A stretch of DNA of 64,000 nt from Haplodiscus bocki. Lineage: Eukaryota. The translations under genes and the position numbers were made by a program. The stretch lies in NCBI GenBank assembly GCA_965655095.1, contig OZ296657.1, positions 26,970,001 through 27,034,000 on the forward strand, in the 5' to 3' direction. The first letter of the stretch is position 1; each line of letters opens with the position of its first letter. Below, one piece after another: positions 1-14,199 of this stretch. Below the pieces are notes generated by a model that was given only the letters and a program-made list of their open reading frames with translations, had not been told where the DNA came from and ran no database searches.

Positions 1-1660
1 TTTGGAGCATTTGAGTTTCTATTTTTACGGGCAACAAAAAACATCAAAAACAGACAAACAATCATTTCAACCTCTAGATAACCGGCACTGTGCACTAAAA
101 CAGTGAAAATGATTAACCCGTTGGCTAGATCGGGGAACTGATAGTTTACAGTTACTGTATAACTAACTATATGTGCACCAAAAAACGATAATAAGAAGCT
201 ATTGAGTAGAAACCCAAAATCCGACATTGTACCGGACCAAAAACATAATACAAAATAGGCAATGTTTACAAACGTCGAAATTGCATCACCACCCACGCCA
301 GAGAGACTATGGAAGCAGCTGCACTTAGCCAATTGGAGACAAAAACGGATGAAGCAGATGAGAAAAATAACAAATGGAAACAAGGCGTTGACGAATTACT
401 GTTGTGAAACCGGAACAAAGAAAACGAATTGCCAATTAGGAAGCAAAAGAGACATTGATAGTTGAAGACTGCAATCCTATTGGCTGATGAGTGGCAGGAT
501 TCCAATCATATAAGCATCGACAGCAGCTGCCTTTCCGTTGAAACTTTCAATCTGCTGAAAAGGCGCATTTCTATTAAATTGTGATCACGAATCAACTGTA
601 AACTGACAGCAACCACTAATTGCAGTAAAAAGAACTTACTCAACAAAATTATGCACAAATTCGAACAAAACAATGAAACGATAGATAAATTGGTTCAGTC
701 ATCCGGCAAATGGGACAACCTTTTCACCTTACAAGCGTTTTTGAAAACAAGCTGCGGGATATCACCGATCACGAATAGAAACAATTATCCGCGAAATAAT
801 TCACAACCACCGGGAGTGACAAAAAAACCTAACCGTCGAGTTAGAAAATACAAGCCACCTGCACCGCACCGCACCGAAACTAAGGAAATGGAAACCCTCA
901 TAGCCACCAATTTTGAGCTGGACCGGAAAACGAAAAAACGGAGGCAACCAGTGAAACGGGCAACGCATACAATAAAATGCCAATTTTCGAAACAACCGCC
1001 GCAATAGTTCATGATTCCATCAAAAACCTGAAAATCTGCCATGCAGGACCGGCACCGACACACACGAGTGAGAGCGGTGCTGAAAATGTATGAGTTTTGA
1101 TAAAAACATCTCACCAGATCTCAAGCATTTATTCTTTGAAACGTACAGAGAAACTAAAAGAAGATGCTACACCTTGACCAAAAAAGAAGGCTGATAAAGT
1201 ACCCCTCAAATGGTTGGTGAAATTTGAGCAGCTCCTATCAAGCTTCTGCCTCTCTTATAGTCATGACAGTATTTTTTTTCGGAAGTCAATGCAAGCTGCT
1301 CTAATTCATCCCACCCATGCCGCACATATTGGAGAAAAATTCAAGTTGCAGCTAAATGTTTGTAGCGGCTAAACTTGGTGATCTGTTTTGATGTAGAGCC
1401 GGTTCTTCCAATACGTGCCGGTAAATACCAATGACTCGATTAACATAGACAGCGAAAAGTATAGTGGAACCGGTGATAGAATCGGATGCGAAATTCATTT
1501 ATGTTCTACATGCACTTCACCAGAAAATGGGGATTTGTAAATAGTGCAGGTGCATCATTTCAAAAAGAGGCCAATAGCTAGAATATCCTATACCACTAAC
1601 TCCGATCAAGAAATCAGTTTTGTTGAAACCTACATTCCACTAAATGGAATGCCGAAAGTT
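1..1660 (+). pseudogene. Decayed Ty3/Gypsy pol (RNase H to integrase)
   Basis: Frame 2 from base 2 reads LEHLSFYFYG..KTDKQSFQPL..LKQ*K*LTRWLDR, then LSRNP (~200-216), matching the Gypsy RNase H pattern. ~1290-1340 reads QAALIHPTHAAHIG (HHCC-like). ~1490-1660 reads EIHL..KRPIARI..ISFVETYIPLNGMPKVIR (integrase core, like 'GIPKTIRTD'). Many stops and frameshifts. Confidence 0.7.
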
Positions 1661-4600
1661 ATAAGATAAAATTTAAAAAATGAGGAAGAAGGCAACCGAC
1701 TCCGACAGGTAATGAACCACCTGTAGAATCTCCATGGAAGCAGCGCCAAAGAGGACCAATCACCTGCAAGAGGTTATTAGCAAAGGCAAGTCCAAATAAC
1801 GTAGTCATCAGACATATCAGCAGAAAATAGAAAAACAACGGGGATTGATAAGGAACCAAAAAAGCCGACGAAAATTAGACTGCGGCGTTGTCGGATTGAA
1901 AAAAAAACGTAGAGAAAGTATCCAAAAATCGAAAACACGTAAAAAAAAGTTTTTGACAAATATGGGCGATGTATTCTTGAAAAAAAAACGATTTGCTGAG
2001 TGTTGTTATAGACACGGCAGAACAGGAGGAAAATATTTTGAACATCGGTACGATAGGCTTTAGTAAAAGAAAGACCCTGGAGGAAGATCAATAAACTCAG
2101 CCCCTGAGCCGCAAAGGGGAGTGGATGTAGTTGCAGGAAGCTACGACATTTTGATGGAACAATCACTATTTACTGGTTTGCCATTGCACTGTACATATAT
2201 ATAAGATCCATCTTCCATTTACAAACAGTTTGTTATTCGGCTACCAAATCTGAAATTCGGTTTGATGTAGTGTTGTTAAGTTACGATTGCGTTTTAAAAG
2301 TTAGACGTTCCGAGTTTTCTCTAAGCGGAAAACTCAATAGATTGTTTTGAGATTCAATATTATTCGGGCACATATTAGAATGATAGTAATAACCAAGAAT
2401 ACAACACGCACAAAACTTGAAAATGACCATGAAAGTCGACTATAGTTTGTTAATGGGCTTGAGCAAAAGCACTCTACATATACTTAAGCTGATACTTTCC
2501 AATTTGGGTCGTAGTTTTTTGTTAACTTTCATCCCGTCTATTCTTCAGTTTTTTCTTGAGGTAATTTTTCTAAATTTCCTAGCATTAATTTTACAAACCA
2601 TGAAAAATCTGCATTTTCGAAATTGTAGAAACTTCTCAGAAAACTCATTCTAGGTAGACACGCTCATAATTATCATTGGAGAAAGTAAAGGAAACATTCT
2701 CTTTCATTTTTTTTCACTTCACCTATCAGTGAATGTTTTTTTTGACCAAAAAAAGTTCAGCACTGCCTTGAACAAGCCGAGCAAAGCTCACAGTTGGAAC
2801 TGCCTCATGTTAGATAGCAAAAATATGGGAAAATATTGAGGGGTATGGAAATTTTTTTTGAAAATTTTCATCAAACAGAGCGAAAAGCCCTTTAATACTT
2901 TTGGAAGCTGGGGGAATAGTGTAGAAATGTAGTAAAAATAAAAAAAGAAAGCTAGAAAAAAGTAGAAATTTCGTAGCGATCTATAAAAAATCAAGAATGG
3001 AAAAGAAATGATAAAAATAGGCTTTTTCAGCTCCATTTAGAAAACGTACGGTATTAAACATAACTGCAGAATTCGGAAGTCTATCAATGAACTTTGATAT
3101 TTGACCCGAAATTTTGTTTTCTTCCTGGGTCAGAACAAACAACAAGTTTTCAAAATTAGAAAAATTCCAAAGCAAAATTACAACGGGAAAAAAGAGCCGT
3201 GCTTTGAAAAAAGTCAGAAATCTGAGATCTGAGAAACATACCGCCGAAGAAATTAAAAAATTACCTGAGCCCTCATAAAATAACACAAAGCCGCATTTTT
3301 GGAAGCGTCATCTTAACCGGGGTCAAATCTCATAAGATGGAAATCCTGGAATTTTGTTCTCAATTTATTTTTCCCTCCAATTTAATTTGTAAGCATCACC
3401 TTAATCTCAGTCAATATTAAATTGAAGAAAAAATCCAATTTCAATAGAAAGATATCACTTTATGATTAAACATAATCACTCTGGCTACCGCAGTACAAAT
3501 CCTCCTCGCTCAATCAAACGGGATCTTTCATTGAATTCAAATGCCAATATTCGTCGTTTTTGTTGCTAACACGCTTATCACACAATGACGCGGCAATGAG
3601 AAGGACATTTGGCATTGTTGCTGGTTAAAATGGAAGTTCCCTATCGATTTGGCGCCCTGTTGCAATCTACTTTGAAGTTAGATATCACGTCAACAAAGAA
3701 ACAGAAAACTGAGGACGAAGCATTTTCAATAAAAGCATTCCCTTAGGGTGCATAATTTAAAGTCCTATACCTTGATCAAAAATTCCGTGATTAAAGAATA
3801 ATAAAAAGAAGCTTAACTCGTTTCAATAACGCCTACTTCACGACATTTAGCTAGCAGAAAGGGTCTTAAATGATTTTATTTAGCTCAGCAGATGTAATCG
3901 AATTGCAGATTTAGCATTAATCCTTTCGCAAGTGATATAAAGGTGGCATGGGCCCAAAAATTACTTTGAAGCGTTCTCCCATGCAGCTATCTGTCAAAAA
4001 CATTAGTCCTTCAAGTCCGTGTGGAGGCAATAAATGACAAAAACAGGGACAGAAAATGCATGAAGGTTAGAATCCAGAAAATACTTCGGCTACCTACCCT
4101 GATGCATTTATAGTAAAAAAAAACTTGAATCGACTGATTTCATTCACAAATTTAACCTTCAGTGTATTTTCATAGGACTTTTAAAGGCCTTTTCAACAAT
4201 TATTTTTTTTCGAATCACAACTTGCTGAAATTTGTTTTTGAATATTCATCAAACATGAATTTGAATCAGGAATTTATACGTACCGAAGAGTCAAAAACAC
4301 TTGAGTTTTGCAAATTATTATAACCAATCAAATGCGTCCAGCATTAAATAACGTGAAATATACGTTTTTTATGATGCATTTTTTTCTGGAAAATTGAGGA
4401 AGTCATGTGGCCGCGTGTTGACTTAGCGGCTCAACCAAGAAAAGGCAAGCTGGGAATTTCAGAATTTGCGCAAAGCCTTTTTCAGAGGGAAACACTTTTT
4501 GTAAGAGGTCAGTTAATGGGAACAAAGTGGAATAGATGCAAGGGGAGTTGCTGCGTTTTCCACTGCACTTGTGACGTATAATGGCGAGGTAGCACAAAAA

Positions 4601-4930
4601 AATAGAAATTAGGGAAAAGGATCATCCTTGGAGGGAACAATACATTACAAGTACAAAAGTTAGCAAAAGAGAGGTTCTCATTGCGGCTGCATTCCTATTA
4701 AAAGGAGACGGTAGTGGTGGTGGTGGCGGCTAGTATTGCTGCGCATAGGTTTTGCGATCGCAATAGGAGGATAACCTTTCATGTGAATTTGTTCTGGAAT
4801 GAAATGAAAAGTGAGATTTAGCTGAATTTGGAGGTAATGGGAAACGCGACTGCAATAGTGTTGCAACAACTGATGTAAAAATGAATTGGTAATATCCAAG
4901 ATGGATGTTACAAAATTATTTGCGGGGATT

Positions 4931-4998
4931 TTCGCTTCTTTGGCTTCTTCTTCTGCTTCTTCTTTTTATTCTTCTTTGTTTTTTTCTTTTTTGCTTCT
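4931..4998. repeat. Degenerate (CTT)n / pyrimidine tract
   Basis: cttcttcttctgcttcttctttttattcttc... seen directly. Confidence 0.7.
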
Positions 4999-5964
4999 AT
5001 CTCTTATTTTACTTCTTCAGTCAGAGCCACTCACTAGTCAGCTTAGCCTAACCTAGCCTTAGCCAGCTTAGCTTTGCCTAGCACGCCAAAGACACCAACC
5101 AAGCAGAGCCGAGTTGAGCAGAGAAGTAACTCCGCTGCCACCAACAACAGAAGCAGCTACTTCTCGTACATTTCTTTTCATACCAGACATAGCATCAAAT
5201 GAAACATTACTACAACAACTACATCTCTACTGCTACGCCCGTCTCTTGTAACGCGCAGTAAGACAGATTAAGAGTAACGCTGCTCAAGACAGCCGGCGCT
5301 GATTTCAGAAGCACAAGGCTGAGAAAACTGGGAAACTACTGGGCGACAGAAAACCCAGCTGGCGTTAGACAGGAGGCCTTGACTCACCCGGCAAGAATGG
5401 ACCCTGCAGGTAATACTGGGTTTACAGTCATGGCTGTAGATACCCGTCTATCTCCGGGAGTGGGTATTAGTATGTATTAGTATGGGTAAGATATTTTAAA
5501 GATTGAGTTACCATTGGTAGAAGGAATGACAAAGATGGAGAGGTAACAAATATAGGGAGGGATGAGAGGAAAATGGTGTTCGGGGAAGAGGCAATGAACG
5601 ACACCAGCCACAGTGCTGGAGACGGAGAAATGCAAAAGGGATTAGTAGGGATGACAGTGTTGGGATGAGACGGCATTAAGATAATTGAGTGAATTTAAAG
5701 AACGCTACTTGCTTCAATCGAAAGAAGAGAGTCGCTTAAATGGGTTGAAAAGTGGTGAAAATAAAAAAGCGTGAAAAAGGAGAAAAGAGACCCGGTGTGC
5801 TTGCCATTACTGCTACTGTAGAAATACCTTGTGGTGCTTCTACTGCCACGGTTTGCGTCGTTCTATCACATCTCAACGTCACATGAGGAATTTCACGTCG
5901 CGTTCAGGAACTTTCCCGCTTTTTGCCTGTTCCCGGTCCAGCTTAAATTCCTTGCCTGACCAAA

Positions 5965-6127
5965 NNNNNNNNNNNNNNNNNNNNNNNNNNNNNNNNNNNN
6001 NNNNNNNNNNNNNNNNNNNNNNNNNNNNNNNNNNNNNNNNNNNNNNNNNNNNNNNNNNNNNNNNNNNNNNNNNNNNNNNNNNNNNNNNNNNNNNNNNNNN
6101 NNNNNNNNNNNNNNNNNNNNNNNNNNN
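5965..6127. other. Assembly gap (163 N)
   Basis: Run of N. Confidence 0.99.
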
Positions 6128-7149
6128 TAAGTGCAATTAACAATTCATCCAAAATGTCGTCGTTTCGATCTCACTTCAGCTGGTGCTTATCAACATGTCT
6201 GCATTTGGAAAATGAAGTTCATCAGTTGTAAGCAAAAAACAAAACAATTTGATGCAAAATTTAACACTGCTGAATAGTAATAGAAATTTTACTTGACACA
6301 ATCCTTGATAGCTAACTGCACAAGACAGGTGACACAGTTTGTTCATGCGGGTACAATGTCGATTTGGCAATCACAAGTATTTACAAGCTACTACAAATAC
6401 TAGTTACAGTCTACTAGATTTACAATCAAAATTTTGTTTGAACCAGGCCTCTGTTCATTATTGGTGCCCAGTAGTTTTCAATTGGTGAACAAGCATGACC
6501 CAATGCCGTACACCTGGATTATACCGTATACTCTGATTTTTCAAAATGTCTTTCAGTAGTTGGTAATTTATTATTCAGTTCAACAGGAAAGCCTAGATGA
6601 TACCAAAAAAGTTCTAGATGATACCAAAATAGCCGTCAAAGAGTGAATGGTTGCATTTATACATATCGAAAAACTTACCCGAGTCTAAACATTGACTGAA
6701 ATATTCCCGGTATAAGGGCGTTAACGGCTGTCAAAATTAGCCACTGAAGTAGTTATTAGGCGCAAAAATAGCGGCGTTAACGGAGTTTCACCAACAAATA
6801 GCAGCGGTTACTGCGTGTTACTCGAAAAATTGCGGCGGTAATTTCCCCAGCTGTGCTGGAAAATACTGGCTTTTTTCGGCTGTTGCACCAGTAAAATACC
6901 GGCGGAATTTATACGCTGGTATACCGGGAAACTGCAGGTGACCCTTTTCTCTATCATTATAATCTCAATATCTAGAAACTTATCATCTTCCAATGCAAAG
7001 AAAGAATTATAGCCCAGAGCACAATGATATGAAAGTATAAAGCGAACCAAAATATTGTAAGAAATAAAATTGTCGGAATTTTTGTAATACTCCAAATAAG
7101 GAGTCAAATCTTTAGATGTTCAACTTTTGTGTAGTTTTCGGTTGTCATG

Positions 7150-10100
7150 ACATTGTCATGACACGTGCAAATTCAAAGCCCCGTCATTGGAGAATGTAGT
7201 CCGAAAAATAAGGAATCTTCCCAAACATGAATTTCATCAAAAACTATTTGGTGATTTTAGACTGAAAAGGAGAACAAAAATTTTTCTGTACAGGAAAACA
7301 ATTCAGAGGAACACAGGTGTCTAAAATACAACGATAAAATAGGGTTTTTGTATCCAGGCTGAAAAATCGAAAAAAAATTAAGAAACGTTTATATTCGAAC
7401 TGTCGGTTCTTTTTCTAAGAAATCAAGCTAAAAATGAAGTTTTTACGTGTTCAACTTTTTACCATTCCTGCTGGTTGTTGCTTACTGGACCAGCATCAGA
7501 TACTTTCGAGCAACTAATGCTTTGAAAGTTTTGCAACCTTTGGTCAAAGATAAGTTTGACTGGCCATCATGATTATGTAATTTTTCATGATGTGAGAAAT
7601 TTAGATATTTCCGTCAGCGTGTTTTCTTTGTGGTATATCACCGCACAAATATATAAAACTCGAACGCTAGAGGCGCTTTTTTCGGTATAAAGGCCGTTCT
7701 ACTAAAATTAACAGGCGTTGTTAGCACAGATTTTGCTACGAAACCGACAAACCAATTTCCAACATCTCGACAAAAAGGCAAAATGGCTTGTTTAACAAAA
7801 GCAAATTAGTGAACTGTTTTTCTTAAAGCATCCGTTTTTAACTTTATCAGGAGACAAAAACTAAGGCCTATGCAAGTGAAGTTCTCTTAATGGCTAAGAT
7901 TGAAACGCAATTTTCCAAACAAGAGGCAAAATCGCACAATGAAACTTTCACTCAAAAAGACGCAGAAGTGATTTATCGAACATGCAACAAATTATAATCA
8001 CCAGCAGACCCATTTTTGCAAAAAAAATTGTCGATGGTGACCTGGATTGAAGAATTCAAGGCGGTGGCCGTCGAAACTTATGAGTTTTCAAATCGACAAA
8101 CTAAAAATACTATTTGCATTTTATGGCAAAATCGGCCATCAGAAATAGTATCCAAGGGAAAAACAGGGATTGTTCAAGGTAAGAGTCATCTACAACCTCA
8201 ATGACGTCAATTAAAACCTTGACGGAAAAATTGAATGCTGCAGTTTTTGAGAATGGAGAGTTTGATTATCGAGACATGTCTTCATCAATAACATTTTTTG
8301 CCGAAATCTGATTCCTACAAAAAACATCAATTTTAAAGTAGAAGAAAATCCAATAATTTTAGAACTTGATGCTCCGGCGGCTCAGATAAAGTTCTGTCGA
8401 TGGAGATTTCAAATGATAAGTGAAGCAGTTGGTGTTGAAGAAACGTGAGAAAAAACATCCAGAAAAATCAAGATTTTTAGCACATCCTGGCATAACTGGT
8501 CTTTTGAAATTCCACTGCAAGAAACAAAAACCGTTAGAACTCAAGCGTATAGGCAACCACGGGATGAAAAATGTCAATTGAGATTTGACAGAAGATATCA
8601 AGTGTGTAGTTACGGAGAAACATGATTTTGGAAACAAAGACATGTCATTAACAAAACCCATTCTGGAATTTCTGTACTAAAACGATTTCGATTTAAAGAA
8701 AAAATTAGTAGTTTCCAAATTTATTAATCATTCCAGACCAAAACCATATTTCCATTGAGTTCCTGGCGGGAGAAATCAAGCTTGTCATTATGGATGACTA
8801 TGAGTTTGGATATCGAGTTTTGTCAAACCCAGTGGCACTTTCTAGAAGTTCTGTTTTATCAGGCATCCGATAAAACAAACAGAATGTTGATTTGTTAATT
8901 ACATGGACTTCCGATTTTTGGAAATTGCCACTTCAGTTTTTTTTCGGAATAAATCAGGCCTGGCGTAATAGAGAAATAAGAAGTTCAATACCGGAAGGTA
9001 TTACAAATATTATGAATTTTCGACACTTTCAGACAATCAAGATTCACACGCAGCAAGCGAAGCGAATGATTTTTTGAATGGTGTTTCTTGAAAAAAAAAC
9101 TTGCCATTGAGGCCTAGATGACAGAGAAGGTTCTAGTCGTTTTGGATGAAAGAGTTTCAAATTCAACGAAAGTCACTACTAATTGCTCTTTCTAGCCTTC
9201 TCTCAATGTGGGTATCAAAAAACGACATATTGCCGCAGAAAGATTCCTGAACCAAACTTGGCCCCAGAGAAACCCAAAAATTTGGTTGAATTCGAACCAA
9301 TTGTTTCTGAAGTAAACCAAATTTAAATGAGACGAAGGAAAACAGATTTTCGAAATTCAAAGCAGAAGTCTGGATACTCAGCGTTGAATTCTGACAGAGA
9401 TATGGACTGTTGAGATCCAGTTGATTTCAAGAAACTCAAAGTAGAATAAAAAAATCGAAACCTTCTCTAAAAATTTGCTGTGGAAATGAAACTTTATTGC
9501 ATAAAGATCACAAATTACAAACGTTTATCTTTGATGATTCTTCATTTTCAGTATGTTTTTCTTTGAATGAGAGTTGAAGGTAAGTGGAACAAAAAAGTCC
9601 TCTGTCAGAAGTAGACAACTGCTGCTACTCACGTCAACACTAAGCACTAAATAGATCGAAAACAGTCATTAGCCTCCATGAACAACACTTCTGATGATGG
9701 ACGCAATGAAAAACTTGTTTAGATTTTCAACTTCAAGTAAACATACTTCGCTGCAAAGACACAAAAGATCATCTTTGTAAATCATCAGACTATAACGGCT
9801 TTGAAAACTCGTAAAAAAATTTGGTGATCTAATTCCATCCTGAGTCATCCAGAATATTACTGAGAGGCGTTTGGAAGAGATTCATCGATATTTCACGTAT
9901 ATGTCAAGAAAATCCGCAACAAAAAAAGCAATTCCAAAACTTTTCAGTACCTATACGTTAGCTGCATCCATTTCTTCTAGGAATCACTGCTGGGTGGAGT
10001 GCATCTTACGAATAGTTTCCCGGAAAAGCACTTTTGGCAAAGAATGACCGTTACCAATTCATTTTTTCTCACGAAAACTCAAAATTTTCTGTGAACAAGA

Positions 10101-10800
10101 AACAACTCTTTTCCGGCAGCTCAACCACTTGCCAAAGTTGTAAAACTTGGATTTGTAGCTGCTAATATGCAAGCTGAAAAACAGCTTCCGAGAAAATTTT
10201 CAAACGAAAATACACAGAACTTAATCGAATTTCAAAATGTAACTTGAAAAAATTGCAATGGTTAGATAGCATTCACTCTGCACTTACCGAGAAAAGTAAT
10301 CGTCAGTTGTTTTTCAGGAAGAAGCCGTTTTCAAGACGTCATTCGAAAGGCAAACTCTGATTTCACGGAAAACTTTCAGGCGAAAAATTTTCCTGGAATC
10401 GCAGGTTAGTGTTTTTTTTTAGAATCGAGTGATTTTTTTGATGAATTTATGATATGCCAATTTTTAGGTGTTTTACAACATAATTGTCTGTTTAATTTTC
10501 ATAACGATGGATCTGCCTTGAGACTTCAAACTGTGAGATGCTTCCGAGAGAGAAACGATCGAGCAGCTGCCGAACAAAATCTTGACAATTTCGTCACTCC
10601 CTATCTTTGTACGAGGAGACTGATATGCCAGTTCAGCTTTTGTTTCAGGAAAAATTTTTGAAGTTGAGAGATTTTTGAAAGAATTTAATAGCGACAAAAA
10701 GTCAACAGTAAATTTTTCAATGTTTCTTGCATGCATTTTGGCGAAATATTCAGAAATTTTTAGCTTTAAAAAAGTTTCAGAATGATCCCTAATAAACCCT
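7150..10800 (+). pseudogene. Decayed multi-copy gene cassette of unknown identity (copy A)
   Basis: Contains a ~180-bp periodic motif at 7.86-9.13 kb. The segment KIFLYRK...ccaggctgaaa (~7280-7365) resembles TTFLYRK...ccaggttgaaa at 16.5-16.7 kb (minus). ctcttttccggca (~10107) is shared with 57.67 kb (minus). Confidence 0.35.
7860..9135 (+). repeat. Degenerate ~177-bp tandem repeat, core approx. ttgagaccttg.tggaagaaatcaag..tgtagttac
   Basis: Core variants at ~7860, 8040, 8215, 8403, 8580, 8755, 8953, 9107. Confidence 0.55.
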
Positions 10801-11564
10801 TGGTTCCATGACAAACCACATTAACAGAAATTACTCAAACTTGTAGTAAAATTTGGCGTTTGCAAGACTTTTGTCAAATATAAAAATTGTCTATAAACTC
10901 AGACTTGCAAGTTGGCTCTTACTGAAAAAGAACTGACGGTTACTTTCGACTGCCTGTGTATTTTCAGACACTTTTCTTGAAACGGCCACTCACTGGGCTG
11001 GCAATTAGGGCACGAGATAAAATGCCAAAAAGAAAGCGAGACCGTTTGAACAGAATCTCGGAACATTAGAATTATCTTCGAAAACAAGCGTGAATGGAAA
11101 ACAAAGTGAAAATTTTCCCGTCGACCGTAATTCATTCGTTTGGATCGCTTCGCTCGACTCGCGAGTGAAAATATGATCACTTCAATTAGGGCCAAGGATA
11201 CTAATCAGGAAACTGTTTGTTTTTGGTACCAAGTTCGTTGTGATTACTTCTACTTGTTGCCAAAAATATGAACAATTCAATTTGCTGAATTGTTTCTATT
11301 TGGCATGTGTAAAGAATGATGACAGGCATTTAACATCACAATTTAATGTAAGGTAGCTTAATTCAAGTTACTTTAGTTTAATTCAAACCCCCTGGTGAAG
11401 CTGCGCTTCGTCCTATTCTCTACCTTATAGCCCACAAGAAATTCCTAGCCAGCTGTTCATTTGAGTGATAGTCGGTGCGACTTACACTAAAGTAAAGCAA
11501 ATCCAATAAAAAAACGGGACCCTGAAAACTAGATTTTCTAAATCCTGTAGGCTAATTATTTTCC

Positions 11565-12132
11565 TGTGATGAGTATGCGTTTGCCGGTTTGGATTAAATC
11601 TCAATGTCGGAAAATCGTTTTCTTTGAAGTTTGCACTATTACGAGTCTCATCATGCTTATTTTGATCAATGTTTGGGTCCGTGAGGCTAGATGCCATCAT
11701 GAGCGGTGTATCTTCCATGCTCCTTGGAAAATTTCTCTGCTCAGGATTTTGGGCTATACTGCTGGGTCCACGTCTTGCTTACCTAGCGATTCCTTTCACT
11801 GCCATTTCAAGCCTCGGTACAACCACATTATCCATTGCTGTCAAAATCGCATCATGAAACACATTCTCCACGCCAGCAAGGATGTTATCAACCTCTTTTC
11901 TAACTCTGTCGACGAAATTCCTTACAAGGACCTGTTTATGACTTGCACTACTGTAGCCAAGTGGTGCACTGCCGAAATTGTTAACAAGATCACCGTTCTG
12001 GGTAGGACTTTACTGGTCTATCCTCATCCACTCTCACTTGGTGCTCAATACCGAAAACAAAATCGCTCAAAGAATCATTTACCCGACTGCGGAGCCTTTT
12101 GTTCTGGTGCTTATTTTCCGCGTGGAAAACAT
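11565..12132 (-). pseudogene. LTR-borne ORF relic, ~190 codons (MFSTRK..RVRKEVDNILAGVENVFHDAILTAMDNVVVPRLEMAV..RQTHTHH)
   Basis: Mostly open minus-strand frame with a basic N-terminus and amphipathic helical middle, a few stops/frameshifts. Includes track ORF 11482..11718. Confidence 0.5.
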
Positions 12133-12443
12133 GTTTGTATCAACAACTGATTTGTTCAAATGATAGGAAATTAACGGTTTTTCAGCAGAAATTTTGATAA
12201 TACAAAAGATCAGCAAAACGTAGTTTGTGAGTTTTGCATCGAGCAAGTGTTCCCTGCGACCGCTGGAAGTGATTGTGTTTTTCCTTGGTCACATTTGGAC
12301 TTTGGATTCTTTGGTTTACCTCGCTTTTCGTCTGCCAATCAGTATCTTTGCGGAAATGACGTTATTTCTATAACTGTAACTTGAACAGCATCTCAAAGAA
12401 TTATCAAACAAAAGTACCGCCTGTTACAAGACGTAATACGACA
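11565..12443 (-). mobile_element. LTR-like unit (family 2) with internal ORF relic
   Basis: Minus strand starts TGTCG (12443, tentative) and ends ...ACTCATCACA (11565). No TSD found. Single copy in the window, so the boundaries are inferred. Confidence 0.4.
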
Positions 12444-14199
12444 TAATTCTGAAAATAGTTTGATCCATCTAAATAAAAGAAAACCTTGGTAAACACGACC
12501 GGCTACCAGTGGCAGATTTTGAGATTTTCCGCAATCCCGTCTTTGTGAAGAAGGCTTCTAAAAAATGAAAACGTTTTTATTTGAAAAAAAACTCTTTCTT
12601 CAGAAACTTTGGTTCTTTCCCACGTTCAAAGTTTTCTGACGTTTTTCATCGAAAAAACCTCCTGTTTAGGGCGTAAATGACACTTTTAAGGACTACTACT
12701 AGTTGATACGTATTCTACAGCAAATCTGCCACATTTGGGAATTTGGAGAGAAAAATCAAACTTTTCTGTCAAAAACCCATCTATTTTTTCAAAAAAAGAG
12801 ACCCAAATCTCGAACGTTTTGAGAAATCTTATGTTTTCAGCATCTTTTAACGGCAAATTTGCCAGAGTTTGGTCAAAAATTGTTTCACGTTCAGTGGCAT
12901 GAATGAACTTGCCGATGTGGCGTGAATGCAATTGGCAAACGTCGACTGAAAAAACCGTCGGAAATGGCCCGTTTGAAAGGAAGTTTTCTCTTTCATATTC
13001 TTGAGAAAAGGCCGCAAAATAACAAACGAAGCATATCACATCCCAGTTTCAAGAAATGATCTTATGGACTAGTATGAGAGACCAGATAGTACCAAAACAA
13101 CAAACTTGCATTGTCTGACGGCGGCAGTTTTTTTTAAATTGAGTCAAAAAGAAGCAACATGACAGGTTGCTGACTTTGGTTGCCACTTTAACGCATTATT
13201 TTTCATTCGTACATTGGAGTTGTAAATAATAGGAAAAGATTGTTGCGCGTACTTCACAACTAAAAAGCACGTAATTCTGTGCGAGCTTGACATCAACTTT
13301 AATTTATGAGAGCAAATATCTTCTCAGGCATTAAACGTTTGCGTTCATTACTTCCTAGCCATGTTGTTTTTTATGCCGCTGACGTGATATTGACAAGAGT
13401 TGAGACTGAGAGAAAAACTGATTGTCGAAAGGAACATATTTCATTGAGTGCTGGGAGTTTTTCCCATTTCAAGATTTTCCACAAGACGCACAGACTTCGC
13501 TCATTGCAGAATAGAACAGTTGGCCTCTAGTATGTTACATATGTGAGGGAAAAACTGAAGTTACAGAGCATGAGGTGGTTGTTTCAAATCCCGCTGACGG
13601 CCATATTTTTCTGCAGTTTTTAGGTGAACCGTTAACACACTCCGGTTTCTGATAGCAAAACATAGGGCTCTTTTGACAAAAATTGGAATTTCATGATGAA
13701 TGCGCTTTCTCATAAATAAAATACCAGCTTCTCAACGTAGATCAAGCAAATCGTTTCTTTGTGAAAGCCTTCAAAAACTGATGAAAACTTCATTGCTTAT
13801 CCAGAGGAAAACCGAAAAATCCGAAAGTTTAAATTTCTGTTAAAAATTTTGATTACCGTTGAAATTGAAAAATAACTCACTACAGTTCTTGGGTATCAAT
13901 CGCTTTCAAAAACCTTGTTTCACCGGCGTCAAAAACTTTTTTTCTGTTATACTGTTATTGGAACATCTCGTTCTGTCATCCCCACATTGAGGAAATAACA
14001 AAAAGCGCACTCAATCCTCAATTTCCTCGATGTTGCAACCCACTTTTCTCACTACATAGAAGCTCAAGTTTTTCAATTAGTTCTCAATCAGAATCTTTCC
14101 ACCTGTATAGAAGTACACTAATGAAGAATCGGTCTTGTATCACAGCGAAGACAAAAAATTTTTGCAGAAACTGCTTGTTATCATTATTAAATCATCTCG

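Noticed and set aside
5380-5964. Possible host exon (minus-strand donor ggtgagtc, Pro/Ser-rich 69-aa ORF) beside the gap
   Set aside because: In-frame stops before the donor, no recognisable domain, and context lost in the gap.
11566-12150. 194-aa plus-strand ORF
   Set aside because: Antisense shadow of the minus-strand LTR-borne ORF relic.
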